From a virus (lineage: Duplodnaviria > Caudoviricetes): a stretch of DNA of 64,000 bases. The stretch is taken from the IMG/VR virus record IMGVR_UViG_3300044645_001661. The stretch is one strand, 5' to 3'. The position numbers were made by a program, and so were the translations under genes. Below, piece by piece: positions 28,821 to 39,118 of this stretch (position 1 is its first letter; every line of letters begins with the position of its first letter). Under the pieces are notes generated by a model, which was not told the origin of the DNA, made no database searches, and was given only the letters and a program-made list of their open reading frames with translations.

Positions 28821-29540
28821 ATGCCTTTACCAAAAATTTCTGCCCCAACATATGAGTTGGAATTGCCTTCTACTAGTCAAGTTATACAATATAGACCATT
28901 TTTAGTAAGAGAAGAAAAACTATTAGTTTTAGCATTGGAGAGTGAAGATACTAAACAAATTACGACAGCAATTAAAACAGTTATTAAAAACTGTATACTT
29001 ACAAAAAATATAAAGGTAGAATCATTACCAACATTTGATATTGAATATTTGTTTTTAAATATTCGTGGAAAGTCGGTTGGTGAAGAACTTGAAGTAAATA
29101 TTATTTGTCCTGATGATGAACAGACTACAGTTCCTGTAACTATTGATATTGATGATATTCAAGTGCAAAAAAATGATAAGCACAAAACACAGATTAAAAT
29201 TGATGATTCCATAATGATGGAAATGAAATATCCTTCATTGGATCAATTTATTAAGAGTAATTTTGACTTTACTGGTAATAGTAATATGGAGCAATCTTTT
29301 GATTTAGTTGCTTCTTGTGTGGATAAAATTTATACGGAAAATGAAGCATGGTCTTCTTCTGATGTAACCAAAAAAGAAATTGTTGAATTTCTAGATCAAA
29401 TGAATTCTTCTCAATTTAAAATGATTGAAGAATTCTTTGATACGATGCCAAAACTTTCTCATGAAATTAAAGTTACCAATCCAAATACTGGTGTTGAAAG
29501 TACTGTCGTACTGGAGGGCCTGTCAAGTTTTTTCGTATAG
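28821..29540 (+). CDS. 26: Baseplate hub subunit/assembly chaperone gp26-like
   Basis: MPLPKI..PTYELELPS, YRPFLVREEK.L, FDIEYLFL.IR.KSVGE, CP, FF..MPKL, ends EGLSSFFV. Confidence 0.85.
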   Translation: MPLPKISAPTYELELPSTSQVIQYRPFLVREEKLLVLALESEDTKQITTAIKTVIKNCILTKNIKVESLPTFDIEYLFLNIRGKSVGEELEVNIICPDDEQTTVPVTIDIDDIQVQKNDKHKTQIKIDDSIMMEMKYPSLDQFIKSNFDFTGNSNMEQSFDLVASCVDKIYTENEAWSSSDVTKKEIVEFLDQMNSSQFKMIEEFFDTMPKLSHEIKVTNPNTGVESTVVLEGLSSFFV

Positions 29541-29563
29541 CTCTAGTCCATATGGACTTGGAG
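29513..29563 (+). promoter_or_regulatory. Candidate -1 programmed ribosomal frameshift cassette
   Basis: GGAGG 29513-29517, slippery T TTT TTC 29528-29534, hairpin 29541-29563; the -1 frame is open into the ATG at 29552. Confidence 0.65.
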
Positions 29564-29719
29564 AATTATTATAAGTTGAATTTTTCTTTGATTCAATATC
29601 ATAAATATTCATTAACAGAGATTGAAAATTTGATACCGTGGGAACGGGACATTTACGTTACTTTATTGAAGGCTCATTTGGAAGAAGAAAAACTTAAACA
29701 ACAACAAAATGTCGGCTAA
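29552..29719 (+). CDS. 51: Baseplate hub assembly catalyst gp51-like (possibly the C-terminal part of a frameshift fusion)
   Basis: MDLENYYKLNFSLIQYHKYSLTEIENLIPWERDIYV; 55 aa, manually translated; no SD. Confidence 0.75.
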   Translation: MDLENYYKLNFSLIQYHKYSLTEIENLIPWERDIYVTLLKAHLEEEKLKQQQNVG

Positions 29720-32111
29720 TAAACCAAAGTTTATAGATAAATTTTGGCCAATATCTACTATTGTAGCGAGTAGAACTGGGCAATATAAAAAAATACTTGC
29801 TCAACGAATGGAAGTGAGCAAGTATTTAATTGAAAATAACTTTGGTGTGAAGGCAGATAAAGTAGCAGATACTTTTATTAACGCATATTTGGCGTCTGAT
29901 AAGGATTATCCAGCACCAATTGAGTCTGTACAAAATCCACAATCCAATAAAGATTTTAGTTTACGTGACCAGTATATTTTATTTTTGTGGAATTACTATG
30001 TAAATGATAAAAGTAAAAAGACAAAAATACCAAAAGAAGTTCCACCTAAAGAACAATCTAAAAGTAATGTTCTAGATCCTTCTGGTGCATTAACTTTATA
30101 TGAAGGTACTAAAGAAGAAGACTTAGTTAATGAGGAAATTGATGAAAGAATATTAAAAATACTTGGGATACAAGATATTTTTGATATTGATTATGGTACT
30201 TATTTAAGTCTTCTAAAAGAAAAATTAGTAACAATAAGTATGGGGGATAAAAAAATCCCCAGAGAAGAACAGATATTATTGCAAGATGAATTTAAAAGAG
30301 TAAAGGGAAAGGTTGGTAGATTTAAAGTAAGAAGTAAAAAAATAAATGCAGATAATATTGGAACAACTGGTCCAATAAGAGTATCTAAACAGCAATATTT
30401 TCTTGCTGGAAAAGTTTCTGTACCTGATGTTTCTAAAGAATCTGCAAATATTGGGAGTTCAATAAAAAAAGATATTGAAGCAATAAAAAATTCTATAATT
30501 TCTATTGCCTCTCTTCTTGCATCTCAAAATAAATTGATTCAAAAAGATGCAGAGAATCAAAGAAAAATTGGTGAAAATTTAAAAAGGGGTAAAAGGGAAG
30601 AAGACTTAGAGAAAAGAGATAACAAGTTAAAAACATTAGCATCAAAAGTCTTAGCACCATTCCAAAGTATTCTTGACAAAATAATTAATTTTATTGTTTG
30701 GACTTTGCTTGGCCGTTTAATGGTCAAATTTATAGATTGGATATCGGATAAAAAAAATAAAAAGAAAATTGATACTTTAGTTAGATTTATTGGTGATTGG
30801 TGGCCTGCATTACTAGGAGCATTTTTATTATTTGCAACTCCTTTAGGTGGATTTGTTAGATCTATCATCGGAACAGTTACCAAATTAACATTTAAACTGA
30901 GTAAATTTGCAATTCCAAAATTACTCAACTTTGTAAAAGCAAATCCTGTTACAGCAGCTCTTATTGGTGGTAGTATTGCTGCTGGAGTTGGTGCTTATGC
31001 ATCTACACAACAAGTTGATAAAACAAGAAAAGAAAATAAAAAATCTGATCCATCTACAGTATTACCTCAAGAAACTGCAAAAACTGGTAAAGGACCAGGT
31101 GCTGCACAATTATCACAAGAGCAAATACAGAGTCGTGGATTTAATATGTTTAGAGGTGGTGGATTGATCCCTAAATTTGGGGATTATCAGAAACCTACTC
31201 CAATTAAAAATATTGGATTTGAAAGTGGTGGTACTATCACAGATGATACTGGTGTTAGAATTGCTGGAGCTGGGAAAGATACTCAGTTGATTGCTGCTCA
31301 ACCTGGAGAGATTGTTATCTCTAAACCAGCAGTTGATAAGTATGGGGCAAACTTCTTCTTAGGATTAAACAAGTCTGGTGGAGGAACTAACGTTCCTAAA
31401 ATGGTGAATAATATTCAATTGGCTGCTGGTGGTGGAATGGTTGGGGCATTAGTTCCAGAAAAACCATCTGCGGCTGCCAAGAAATCTGTTTTTAATCCTG
31501 AGGTTGCTAATAAAAAATCCATGATGAGTCTTAATAATGTTGTGAATGTTGCAAGTTCTTTGGATCAAAATAAAAAATTGACAACTCCAACAAAAATGTT
31601 TGGTGATACCTCAGATACTTTACAAAATGTACCAACTGCGAACAAAAAATCAAGTCAAAAGGCACCTTCTATTAAACCATTTTCACTCAAACCTCCAAGA
31701 ACACAACCAAATAATAAACCTTCTAATTTACAAATATCTAATGACATAAATTCAGTTTCTATAAAAGACGCTGCTTTACAATCATTTAGACCATTATCAC
31801 AAAAAATGCCTTTCATTGTACCATTTATTAATAATGCAATGACAATGATAAGTGGTGTTGGTGATACCCTAGTTGATCTTAGAAAAAGAAATATTAATAT
31901 ACGACCAAATATTAAACAATATATTCCAGAACCACCAAGTGGAAGATCTAAATCTAATGTTATTACATTACCTCCAGTAGTAAAACAATCTACAGAATCT
32001 TCTGGAACTAGAATGAATGCTATAAGAGATGTTGAAGATTTTCCTGCATTTATGATGAGTTCTCATCGAAAAAATAACATTCAAATATACGGTATAGGTG
32101 GTATAAACTAA
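29709..32111 (+). CDS. Large tail/baseplate-associated protein, tape-measure-like
   Basis: Coiled-coil and Gly/Ala-rich helical segments (IGDWWPALLG), GGTITDDTG...DTQL motif; position after gp26/gp51. Confidence 0.55.
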   Translation: MSANKPKFIDKFWPISTIVASRTGQYKKILAQRMEVSKYLIENNFGVKADKVADTFINAYLASDKDYPAPIESVQNPQSNKDFSLRDQYILFLWNYYVNDKSKKTKIPKEVPPKEQSKSNVLDPSGALTLYEGTKEEDLVNEEIDERILKILGIQDIFDIDYGTYLSLLKEKLVTISMGDKKIPREEQILLQDEFKRVKGKVGRFKVRSKKINADNIGTTGPIRVSKQQYFLAGKVSVPDVSKESANIGSSIKKDIEAIKNSIISIASLLASQNKLIQKDAENQRKIGENLKRGKREEDLEKRDNKLKTLASKVLAPFQSILDKIINFIVWTLLGRLMVKFIDWISDKKNKKKIDTLVRFIGDWWPALLGAFLLFATPLGGFVRSIIGTVTKLTFKLSKFAIPKLLNFVKANPVTAALIGGSIAAGVGAYASTQQVDKTRKENKKSDPSTVLPQETAKTGKGPGAAQLSQEQIQSRGFNMFRGGGLIPKFGDYQKPTPIKNIGFESGGTITDDTGVRIAGAGKDTQLIAAQPGEIVISKPAVDKYGANFFLGLNKSGGGTNVPKMVNNIQLAAGGGMVGALVPEKPSAAAKKSVFNPEVANKKSMMSLNNVVNVASSLDQNKKLTTPTKMFGDTSDTLQNVPTANKKSSQKAPSIKPFSLKPPRTQPNNKPSNLQISNDINSVSIKDAALQSFRPLSQKMPFIVPFINNAMTMISGVGDTLVDLRKRNINIRPNIKQYIPEPPSGRSKSNVITLPPVVKQSTESSGTRMNAIRDVEDFPAFMMSSHRKNNIQIYGIGGIN

Positions 32112-32112
32112 A

Positions 32113-35100
32113 ATGGCTGTATTAGATCCTAAAAAATTATTACCATCTTCTAAAGAAGAAAATAAAAAGGCATCTTATAGTAATGCTACTCGATTTTTAG
32201 TACCTGCAAAGAACGTACAGTATAGAGATACTGCACCAGTTCCTCAAGAACTTGAGCAACAAGAATCTAATAAAGATTTAAACAAAGATATTTTAATAAT
32301 AAAAGAAAAAGTAATATCTATAGAAGATATTTTAAAAAAAAGTTTAGATTTACAAAAGAAAACGCTAATTGGTAAGAGTAAAGAATTAGAAAATAAAAAA
32401 AGGGTAAAAAAAGAGAACATTTTAGAACAAAAAAAAGATAAATCACTCCCTGGAGGTTTATCTATTCCCACTAAAAGACTGGGATTACTTGATAGTATTA
32501 AAAATTTTGTCACTAGCACTTTACTTGGATTTGTTTTAGTAAGATTAGTAAAATATCTTCCACAAATAATTGAGTTCAGTAAAAAATTAACTCCAGCAAT
32601 AACTTTCATTGAAAGTTTTATTGGTGGAATGGCTGATAAACTAGTCAGTTTTATTGAAATTGGATATGGTGTTTATGATAAAGTTAGAGATACTATCAAA
32701 AATATTGGTGGGGAAAATCTCCAAAAAACATTTGATCAATTCTCTGGACAATTAAACACATTTATTAATCTTGCTATAATTGCTGGAATGTCCACCATAG
32801 GTGGAACTGATTTTGGAATGGGTAAAAAGAAACCAAAAGGTGGATTTGGTAATCAAAAAGGTATTAGTGGAGGGAAACAATTACCAGCAAATGATAGACT
32901 CAATCGTTATTTGAATCGTGGTAAAGAAGCAAAATTAATTGAAAGAAAATTTGGTAATAGTGCAGCAAGATATTATGAAGAACTAAGAGATTCTGGTAAA
33001 AATTCTTCACAAGCATTTAAAGAAGTTAAGAAAAGATTTCAACCAAGAGGATTATTTAATCGCAGAAATATTTCTGGACTTGCTGGAGATGGGCAAACTG
33101 CAGGACAAGTTGGAAGAAGGGGAATTGGAAGAACTGCTAATAGATTTGCAGCAAGAACTTTTGGTAAAGGTGGTGCAAAAATTGCTAGTGGTGCTACTAA
33201 GGCACTTGGTAGATTTCCAATTATTGGACCTTTAGTTGATTTTGCTTTTAGATATTTTGTTTTACGTGAACCTTTAGGGAAAGCAACTGCGGGTGCAGTT
33301 GGTGCTGGAGTTGGGCAAGCACTTGGAACTTGGCTGGGTGGTACTGTTGGTGGTGTTGCTGGAAGTGTAGTTCCAATTATTGGTAATTTAATTGGTGCTG
33401 GTGCTGGTGCTGCAATTGGTGGACTACTAGGTGGATTGATTGGTGACCAATTGGGTGTGAGTTTATATGAAACAATTACTGCTTATCAAAGACCTGAAAA
33501 AATTGAAGGACGTGCTAAGGGTGGACAAATATCTACACGAAGTGGAAAGCAAGTAGGTGGAAAAATACAAAGAACATTTAAACGAACAAAACCAAAACCA
33601 CCCAAAATATCTGAAAGACCAGTTCAAATTGGTAAAGATGTTGGTGGAAGAGATGTAATAGAAAAAGTATTTAATCCAGAGGATCCAAAAAATTCTCAAC
33701 AAATGAGCTCTTTGAGGGTTTTAACAACTGCGTCTAGTGAGCTTAAAAAACCAAACAGTTCATTTTTTGGACAAATTATGGGCGTTGGTGTTGATCTTGT
33801 AATGGGTCAAAAACCAAACAAAAATTTTTATGACCGAGTTGGAAATGCTTTTGGTTCCGTTATTCAGCAATTGATTGATGCAAATGCTGATATAGCAGTT
33901 AATGATACTGCAAGATCTATTTTAGCAATGGCTAATGGTGGAATAGTTCCTACTATGTTGTCAAATGATAAATTAAATTTTGGTGAAAGAGTTGGAAATT
34001 CTGTTGCTGGAATGTTTAGACAATTTGTAGAAAGGCAATCTGATATAATTTTAAATTCTATTAAACTAGAGTCTGAAAAAACACCTCCTGCTGGATCTGT
34101 TACTGGAGATTCTACTGTGGGGATGGATGGAGAACTCGCTGCTGGAACTTTATCGAGGGGTCAAATAAGTATTGAACAACTTGTTGGATTAGCTAAAGGT
34201 GCTGGATTTAGTCAATCTGATGCCGTAATTATGGCTGCAATTGCTATGGCAGAATCTGGTGGAAATTCGAACGCACATAATAATAATCGAGCTACTGGAG
34301 ATAACTCTTATGGATTATGGCAAATTAATATGATTGATAGTCTTGGACCAGAAAGACTTAAACAATTTGGAATTTCGAATTATGAACAGTTAAAAGATCC
34401 CGTAATTAATGCACATGCTGCTAAAAAAACAAAAGAAAGTCAGGGATTTTCTGCCTGGTCAGTTTATAAAAGTGGTGCCTACAAGTCATATTTAAACGCT
34501 GCACAAAGAGCTTCAGGATCTCCAGCGATTACGGTATATAAACCATCTACTGGTGGAAATATTGATCCAAATATGAAGATGGGATCTCAACAAGGAAGTT
34601 TGCAATCAGTGAGATCTTTAGCTGAAAGTATGGGAGTACCATTATTTTCATCTTATCGCCCAGGTTCTAGAGGATTTCATGGTGTTGGTAGAGCAATGGA
34701 TTTTTCGAATGATAGTAAAGGACTGGGAACTTCACAACAACTTGCATTGGCAAAAGAAATTGTTAAAAGATATGGAAGTTCTGTACAAGAATTGATATAT
34801 ACTCCTCTTGGATTTGGAATATCTGGGGGTAAAAAAGTTCCTTTAACGCATTGGGGTCCTCCTTCAAAATCTAAATGGGCTGGTGGAGATCCTTCCAATA
34901 CAAATGCTGCTCATTATGATCATGTGCATGTTGCTTTTAAAAAAGGTGGATATACTGGTGATGGTGGTGTTGGTATGCTTCATAAAAACGAAATGGTTAT
35001 GTCTTCAAAAGCAGTTAGTTTATTTGGAAGAGAAACTTTTGAAGCAATGAATGAGATGGGAAATAAAATGCATGATATGAAACCATCTGCAAAAATATCA

Positions 35101-35295
35101 AAAGTAAATAAAAAATCTTATGCTCCAGAAAGTATAAAATCACAAGCATCATATGAGTCTACTGGAATGAAAGTTGTAATACTTCCAATACATGAGAGAA
35201 TTAAATCTACATCTACTATTGGATCTGGTGGAAAAATTCCTACTATTGGAAGATCCGCACACATAGATAATAGTATCGAATCGGCACTAGCATGA
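32113..35295 (+). CDS. Tape-measure-like protein with lytic transglycosylase and peptidase-like domains
   Basis: Gly-rich GAGAAIGG segments; AIAMAESGG...SYGLWQIN (SLT-like); HGVGRAMDF...HYDHVHVAF (His-Asp-His metallopeptidase-like). Confidence 0.65.
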   Translation: MAVLDPKKLLPSSKEENKKASYSNATRFLVPAKNVQYRDTAPVPQELEQQESNKDLNKDILIIKEKVISIEDILKKSLDLQKKTLIGKSKELENKKRVKKENILEQKKDKSLPGGLSIPTKRLGLLDSIKNFVTSTLLGFVLVRLVKYLPQIIEFSKKLTPAITFIESFIGGMADKLVSFIEIGYGVYDKVRDTIKNIGGENLQKTFDQFSGQLNTFINLAIIAGMSTIGGTDFGMGKKKPKGGFGNQKGISGGKQLPANDRLNRYLNRGKEAKLIERKFGNSAARYYEELRDSGKNSSQAFKEVKKRFQPRGLFNRRNISGLAGDGQTAGQVGRRGIGRTANRFAARTFGKGGAKIASGATKALGRFPIIGPLVDFAFRYFVLREPLGKATAGAVGAGVGQALGTWLGGTVGGVAGSVVPIIGNLIGAGAGAAIGGLLGGLIGDQLGVSLYETITAYQRPEKIEGRAKGGQISTRSGKQVGGKIQRTFKRTKPKPPKISERPVQIGKDVGGRDVIEKVFNPEDPKNSQQMSSLRVLTTASSELKKPNSSFFGQIMGVGVDLVMGQKPNKNFYDRVGNAFGSVIQQLIDANADIAVNDTARSILAMANGGIVPTMLSNDKLNFGERVGNSVAGMFRQFVERQSDIILNSIKLESEKTPPAGSVTGDSTVGMDGELAAGTLSRGQISIEQLVGLAKGAGFSQSDAVIMAAIAMAESGGNSNAHNNNRATGDNSYGLWQINMIDSLGPERLKQFGISNYEQLKDPVINAHAAKKTKESQGFSAWSVYKSGAYKSYLNAAQRASGSPAITVYKPSTGGNIDPNMKMGSQQGSLQSVRSLAESMGVPLFSSYRPGSRGFHGVGRAMDFSNDSKGLGTSQQLALAKEIVKRYGSSVQELIYTPLGFGISGGKKVPLTHWGPPSKSKWAGGDPSNTNAAHYDHVHVAFKKGGYTGDGGVGMLHKNEMVMSSKAVSLFGRETFEAMNEMGNKMHDMKPSAKISKVNKKSYAPESIKSQASYESTGMKVVILPIHERIKSTSTIGSGGKIPTIGRSAHIDNSIESALA

Positions 35296-36563
35296 CCGCA
35301 AATAAAGAAGCACAATCTGCTAATATTAAAAAGTTTATCATTTACTCTAATAGAGGAAGTGGTTCTTGTGATGTGTCTGCTGGTGTTGTGTTGTTTGATT
35401 ATTATGAGAGTGTGTTAGAACATACAGTAACGGTTTCTGTTACAATTATTGATACTGGAAATGCTGCAAATAATAAAACTGTTCTAGAAGGACTAAAATT
35501 ATCTGGATTTGAAAAGGTTGAACTTGAGTTTGAAGATAATTATGGAAATGTATTAAAATTTGATGAATTATATGTATCTAAAATTAGAAATATTTTTTCA
35601 GATAGACAAAATGCAGTATTTACTTTAGATATTGTAAGTAAAGAATATCTGACGAATCAATTTACAAACTCTGAAGTTTATCGAAGATTTGATGGAGAAA
35701 TATCAGAATCTGTAATGAGAATTCTGAGAGATAACATAAAAACTGATAAAATTATAGATGTAGATACAACCGTAAACAAATATAATTTTATTGGTGGAGG
35801 TAAAAAACCATTTAAACTTGCCACAGAGGTTGCAAAATTATCAGTTCCTAGTGGGTCATCTGGAACTTCTGCTGGATATTTTTTATTTGAAACTTATGAT
35901 GGGTTTAAATTTAAATCTATAGATAAATTATTTGAACAAGAACCCGTAAAAAAATATATTTTTAATGGAACTACATTACTTCCACCAGGATATGATGCTA
36001 AAATATTAAGATATGATGCCAGCAAAACAATTGATGTAATGTCTAATTTGATTATGGGATCTTATGAAAGTAAAATGGAATCGTTTGATCCATATACAGA
36101 TAAATTTAAAACCACTAAGCAATTGTCATCAGAACAGCAGGAAGAACTTGGTGGATTAGAGTCTCCCAAATTAGGTGAAGGTTTTGAGGGTGCAACTAGA
36201 AGATCTTATAAAAGAATGGATGTTGGGCATTTACCCGAACCAGCAAACAATAGTAAGGCTCAACTTCAAAAATCGACAAAAGAAAATTTAGATTCTAATA
36301 ATGTTCTTATTCAATCTTCTATGAGATATAATCAGGTTTTTACTCTGATATTAAGTATTATTATTCCAGGAGATTGTTCATTAAGAGCTGGTGATTTAGT
36401 TTTTTGTGATTTCCCAGAACAAGGTGAAAAGGACACAATTATGGCAGACAAGGAATTAAGTGGTATATATATGATATCAGATATATGTTTTCACATTACA
36501 CCAAGTTCAACTCTAACAAAGATAAATTTGGTTCGTGATTCATTTGGAAGAAAACCAAGGTAA
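35292..36563 (+). CDS. Baseplate hub protein (gp27/GpD-like)
   Basis: YYESV, GYFLFETYDGFKFKSID, IPGD..LRAGD, LSGIYMISDICF, RDSFGRK. Confidence 0.6.
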   Translation: MTANKEAQSANIKKFIIYSNRGSGSCDVSAGVVLFDYYESVLEHTVTVSVTIIDTGNAANNKTVLEGLKLSGFEKVELEFEDNYGNVLKFDELYVSKIRNIFSDRQNAVFTLDIVSKEYLTNQFTNSEVYRRFDGEISESVMRILRDNIKTDKIIDVDTTVNKYNFIGGGKKPFKLATEVAKLSVPSGSSGTSAGYFLFETYDGFKFKSIDKLFEQEPVKKYIFNGTTLLPPGYDAKILRYDASKTIDVMSNLIMGSYESKMESFDPYTDKFKTTKQLSSEQQEELGGLESPKLGEGFEGATRRSYKRMDVGHLPEPANNSKAQLQKSTKENLDSNNVLIQSSMRYNQVFTLILSIIIPGDCSLRAGDLVFCDFPEQGEKDTIMADKELSGIYMISDICFHITPSSTLTKINLVRDSFGRKPR

Positions 36564-36568
36564 AAATC

Positions 36569-36781
36569 ATGGATACCATCAATCAACATATTGAACAGGA
36601 TAAAAAAATTCTTGATGATCCTTTAACTTCTCCTCAATGTCGTCGTCACACCGAAGATGAATTGAAGTCATTAGAATCATATAAAGAAAATCATCCAAAT
36701 GATGATCACGATCCTTCTCCTTTAGAATTATTTTGTGATGAAAATCCTGATGCTCCTGAATGTAGAATATACGAAAGTTAA
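36569..36781 (+). CDS. cp12: Calvin-cycle inhibitor CP12 (phage type)
   Basis: SPQ.RRH..DEL..LE.Y...HP, LELFCDENPDAPECRIY C-terminal Cys pair. Confidence 0.88.
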   Translation: MDTINQHIEQDKKILDDPLTSPQCRRHTEDELKSLESYKENHPNDDHDPSPLELFCDENPDAPECRIYES

Positions 36782-36784
36782 TAA

Positions 36785-39118
36785 ATGGAATTTGCTGGAT
36801 CTTTTTTATTTGAATCGGATAAACCATGGTTAATATGGGAAGGAATTGTTGCACCTAGAAGTGAATGGCCCAGAGATGATGAGGGTCTTGAAACTAGAGA
36901 GCAATTACAAAATTGGGCTTATCGTGTCAAGGTGAGAATACAACATGTTCATCCTGCGGATAAAAAAATACTTCCAGATTCTGCTCTTCCTTGGATTGAA
37001 GTCCCTACAACTATTATGGGATCTGGGCATAAAGGTACTGGAATAACCCCTGGAATTACTCAAGGAACTAGAGTTTGGGGTATTTGGGGAAGTCCCTCTA
37101 CAAAAACCAATCCCATAATGTTGGGTGTTAAAGTAAATAATGATCAAACAGAATTAGTAAAAACTCAACCATCTGACGCAGCATTTACTCCTTACAGTGG
37201 ATATACTCCTGAAGATATTGTCGCTGGATATGATGTACCTTTAGCAAAGGGATTACCTTTAGAAGGAATAAATTATCCAAATATTTGGAGTATTTCTGAT
37301 TTAGACATATTAAATGAACCTAAATTTGCTGTAGCAGCACCATCAGACTGTGAAAAAATTCCTTTAAGAGGAATTCAAAAATCAATTCAAGGTTTAATAC
37401 AAGATATTGAAAAAGTTCAAAGTCAATTGAAAAGATGGCAAAATTCTGCACAAGGTTGGATTGCTGATAAAAAAGCTTACATTCAAAAATTAATTGACAA
37501 AGCGGCAAAATTTATTTCTAAAGCACTCAAATGGGTATTTGAAGAAATTAGAAAATATGTTTTGGAACAAATAAATGATAAAACAAAAAAACTTTATTAT
37601 TTGGTAAATCCACCAGATAGAGATAAAGTAAAAGCTGCAAAAGATACTGTTGTAGAATTAATAATTTGTTTGTTTAATAAGTTAATTGCCAATCTAATTA
37701 AAATGGTTGGTAGATTTTTATTTAATGCTTTTGATAAATTTATCACTGTTCCTGAATGTGTAGTTGAAAACTTTATTGCCAATTTATTAGGTAATATATT
37801 GGGTCTTGTTAGTGGACTAGTAGATAAAATACTTGGAACTTTATCTTCTATTTTGGGTACAGTTTTTAGTATCGCTGATGGTATTCTTGGACTTCTTAAA
37901 GCGATTCTTGGATTTTTCTTATGTGATGAAAAACAAGAATGCCCACAAGCTAAAGAATGGGATATATTTGAAGCTGGAGAACCTGGATCTATTTTTGATT
38001 TCGATTCTATTATAAGTAAGGCTAAAGGTATTGCTGCTAGTGTATCTGGGTTATCCAGTATTGATGATTTGAATATTAATTTCTCCAACATGATTTCTGG
38101 TAAAGGATCTGCATTTGATGCTTGTAATACTGGACCAGTATTTTGTGGTCCCCCCGCAGTTCAAATTTGGGGTGGTGGTGGATCTGGTGCCATAGGAAAT
38201 GCTATAATAAGTGCTTCTGGAGATTTATTGGGTGTTGATATAATTGCAGGTGGATTTGGATATACTGAAGCACCATATGTTAATTTTAAAGATCCTTGTG
38301 GAAAAGGTAAAGGTAGTAGAGGTAGAGTTGTAATTGATGATGATGGTAGTGGAAATGGAACTGGGTCCGTATCAAATGTAGTTATTTTAGATGAAGGGTA
38401 TGGATATTTACCCTCACCAAATGGAGATCTTGGTGGTGATGGGAGAACGTGGGCAACAAATAATCAAACAATTGTTCAAAGATCTAGTGGTAGTTATGAT
38501 CTTCCTTATGATCCAGGTGAAGAAATAATTCCAGAGTTAAGAGGTGGTGATCGAGTAATTAGGCCAGAAGATAGGACTATATTGAACACTATTGCCGTTT
38601 TGGGTGGAGGTTCTAATAATCCTACTAATTTTGATCCTACTAATATTGGAATTGCTGGAAGTAGTACTGGTAGTTCAAGTATAGGATTTGCTGGAACTGA
38701 TACTGCATCTAATAATATTTCTGTACCTGGAACTGGTATTGGTGGAGGAACAGATTTTAAATCTTTCCCAAGAATTAATGTTGGTTCTTATCCTGTAATT
38801 TTATATCTTTGTGGTATTGATATTGAGAATGCTGGTATAAATTATTCTAGTGAAGATAAAATTGTCATAGAACCAAATACTGGTGGAGCTGTTGTAGAAC
38901 CAATTTTTGGACCATTTGGTGTATTAACTGGAATTAATATTATTGATGGTGGAAAAGGATTTACTGAAAGACCAAATATTTACATTAATTCTGAAACAGG
39001 TTATAATGCAAAATTGAATCCTATATTTTGTGTTAGTAGATTTGGTGATGATACTGATGGTGAAGTTCCCAAAAATGTCAATATTATTAGAGTAGTAGAT
39101 TGTGTGGGTAAAGTTTAA
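36785..39118 (+). CDS. 5: Baseplate hub/spike gp5-like protein (OB-fold N-terminus, no lysozyme motif seen)
   Basis: YRVKVRI..HP...LPW; repeated I...G.GY..P modules in the C-terminal half. Confidence 0.6.
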   Translation: MEFAGSFLFESDKPWLIWEGIVAPRSEWPRDDEGLETREQLQNWAYRVKVRIQHVHPADKKILPDSALPWIEVPTTIMGSGHKGTGITPGITQGTRVWGIWGSPSTKTNPIMLGVKVNNDQTELVKTQPSDAAFTPYSGYTPEDIVAGYDVPLAKGLPLEGINYPNIWSISDLDILNEPKFAVAAPSDCEKIPLRGIQKSIQGLIQDIEKVQSQLKRWQNSAQGWIADKKAYIQKLIDKAAKFISKALKWVFEEIRKYVLEQINDKTKKLYYLVNPPDRDKVKAAKDTVVELIICLFNKLIANLIKMVGRFLFNAFDKFITVPECVVENFIANLLGNILGLVSGLVDKILGTLSSILGTVFSIADGILGLLKAILGFFLCDEKQECPQAKEWDIFEAGEPGSIFDFDSIISKAKGIAASVSGLSSIDDLNINFSNMISGKGSAFDACNTGPVFCGPPAVQIWGGGGSGAIGNAIISASGDLLGVDIIAGGFGYTEAPYVNFKDPCGKGKGSRGRVVIDDDGSGNGTGSVSNVVILDEGYGYLPSPNGDLGGDGRTWATNNQTIVQRSSGSYDLPYDPGEEIIPELRGGDRVIRPEDRTILNTIAVLGGGSNNPTNFDPTNIGIAGSSTGSSSIGFAGTDTASNNISVPGTGIGGGTDFKSFPRINVGSYPVILYLCGIDIENAGINYSSEDKIVIEPNTGGAVVEPIFGPFGVLTGINIIDGGKGFTERPNIYINSETGYNAKLNPIFCVSRFGDDTDGEVPKNVNIIRVVDCVGKV

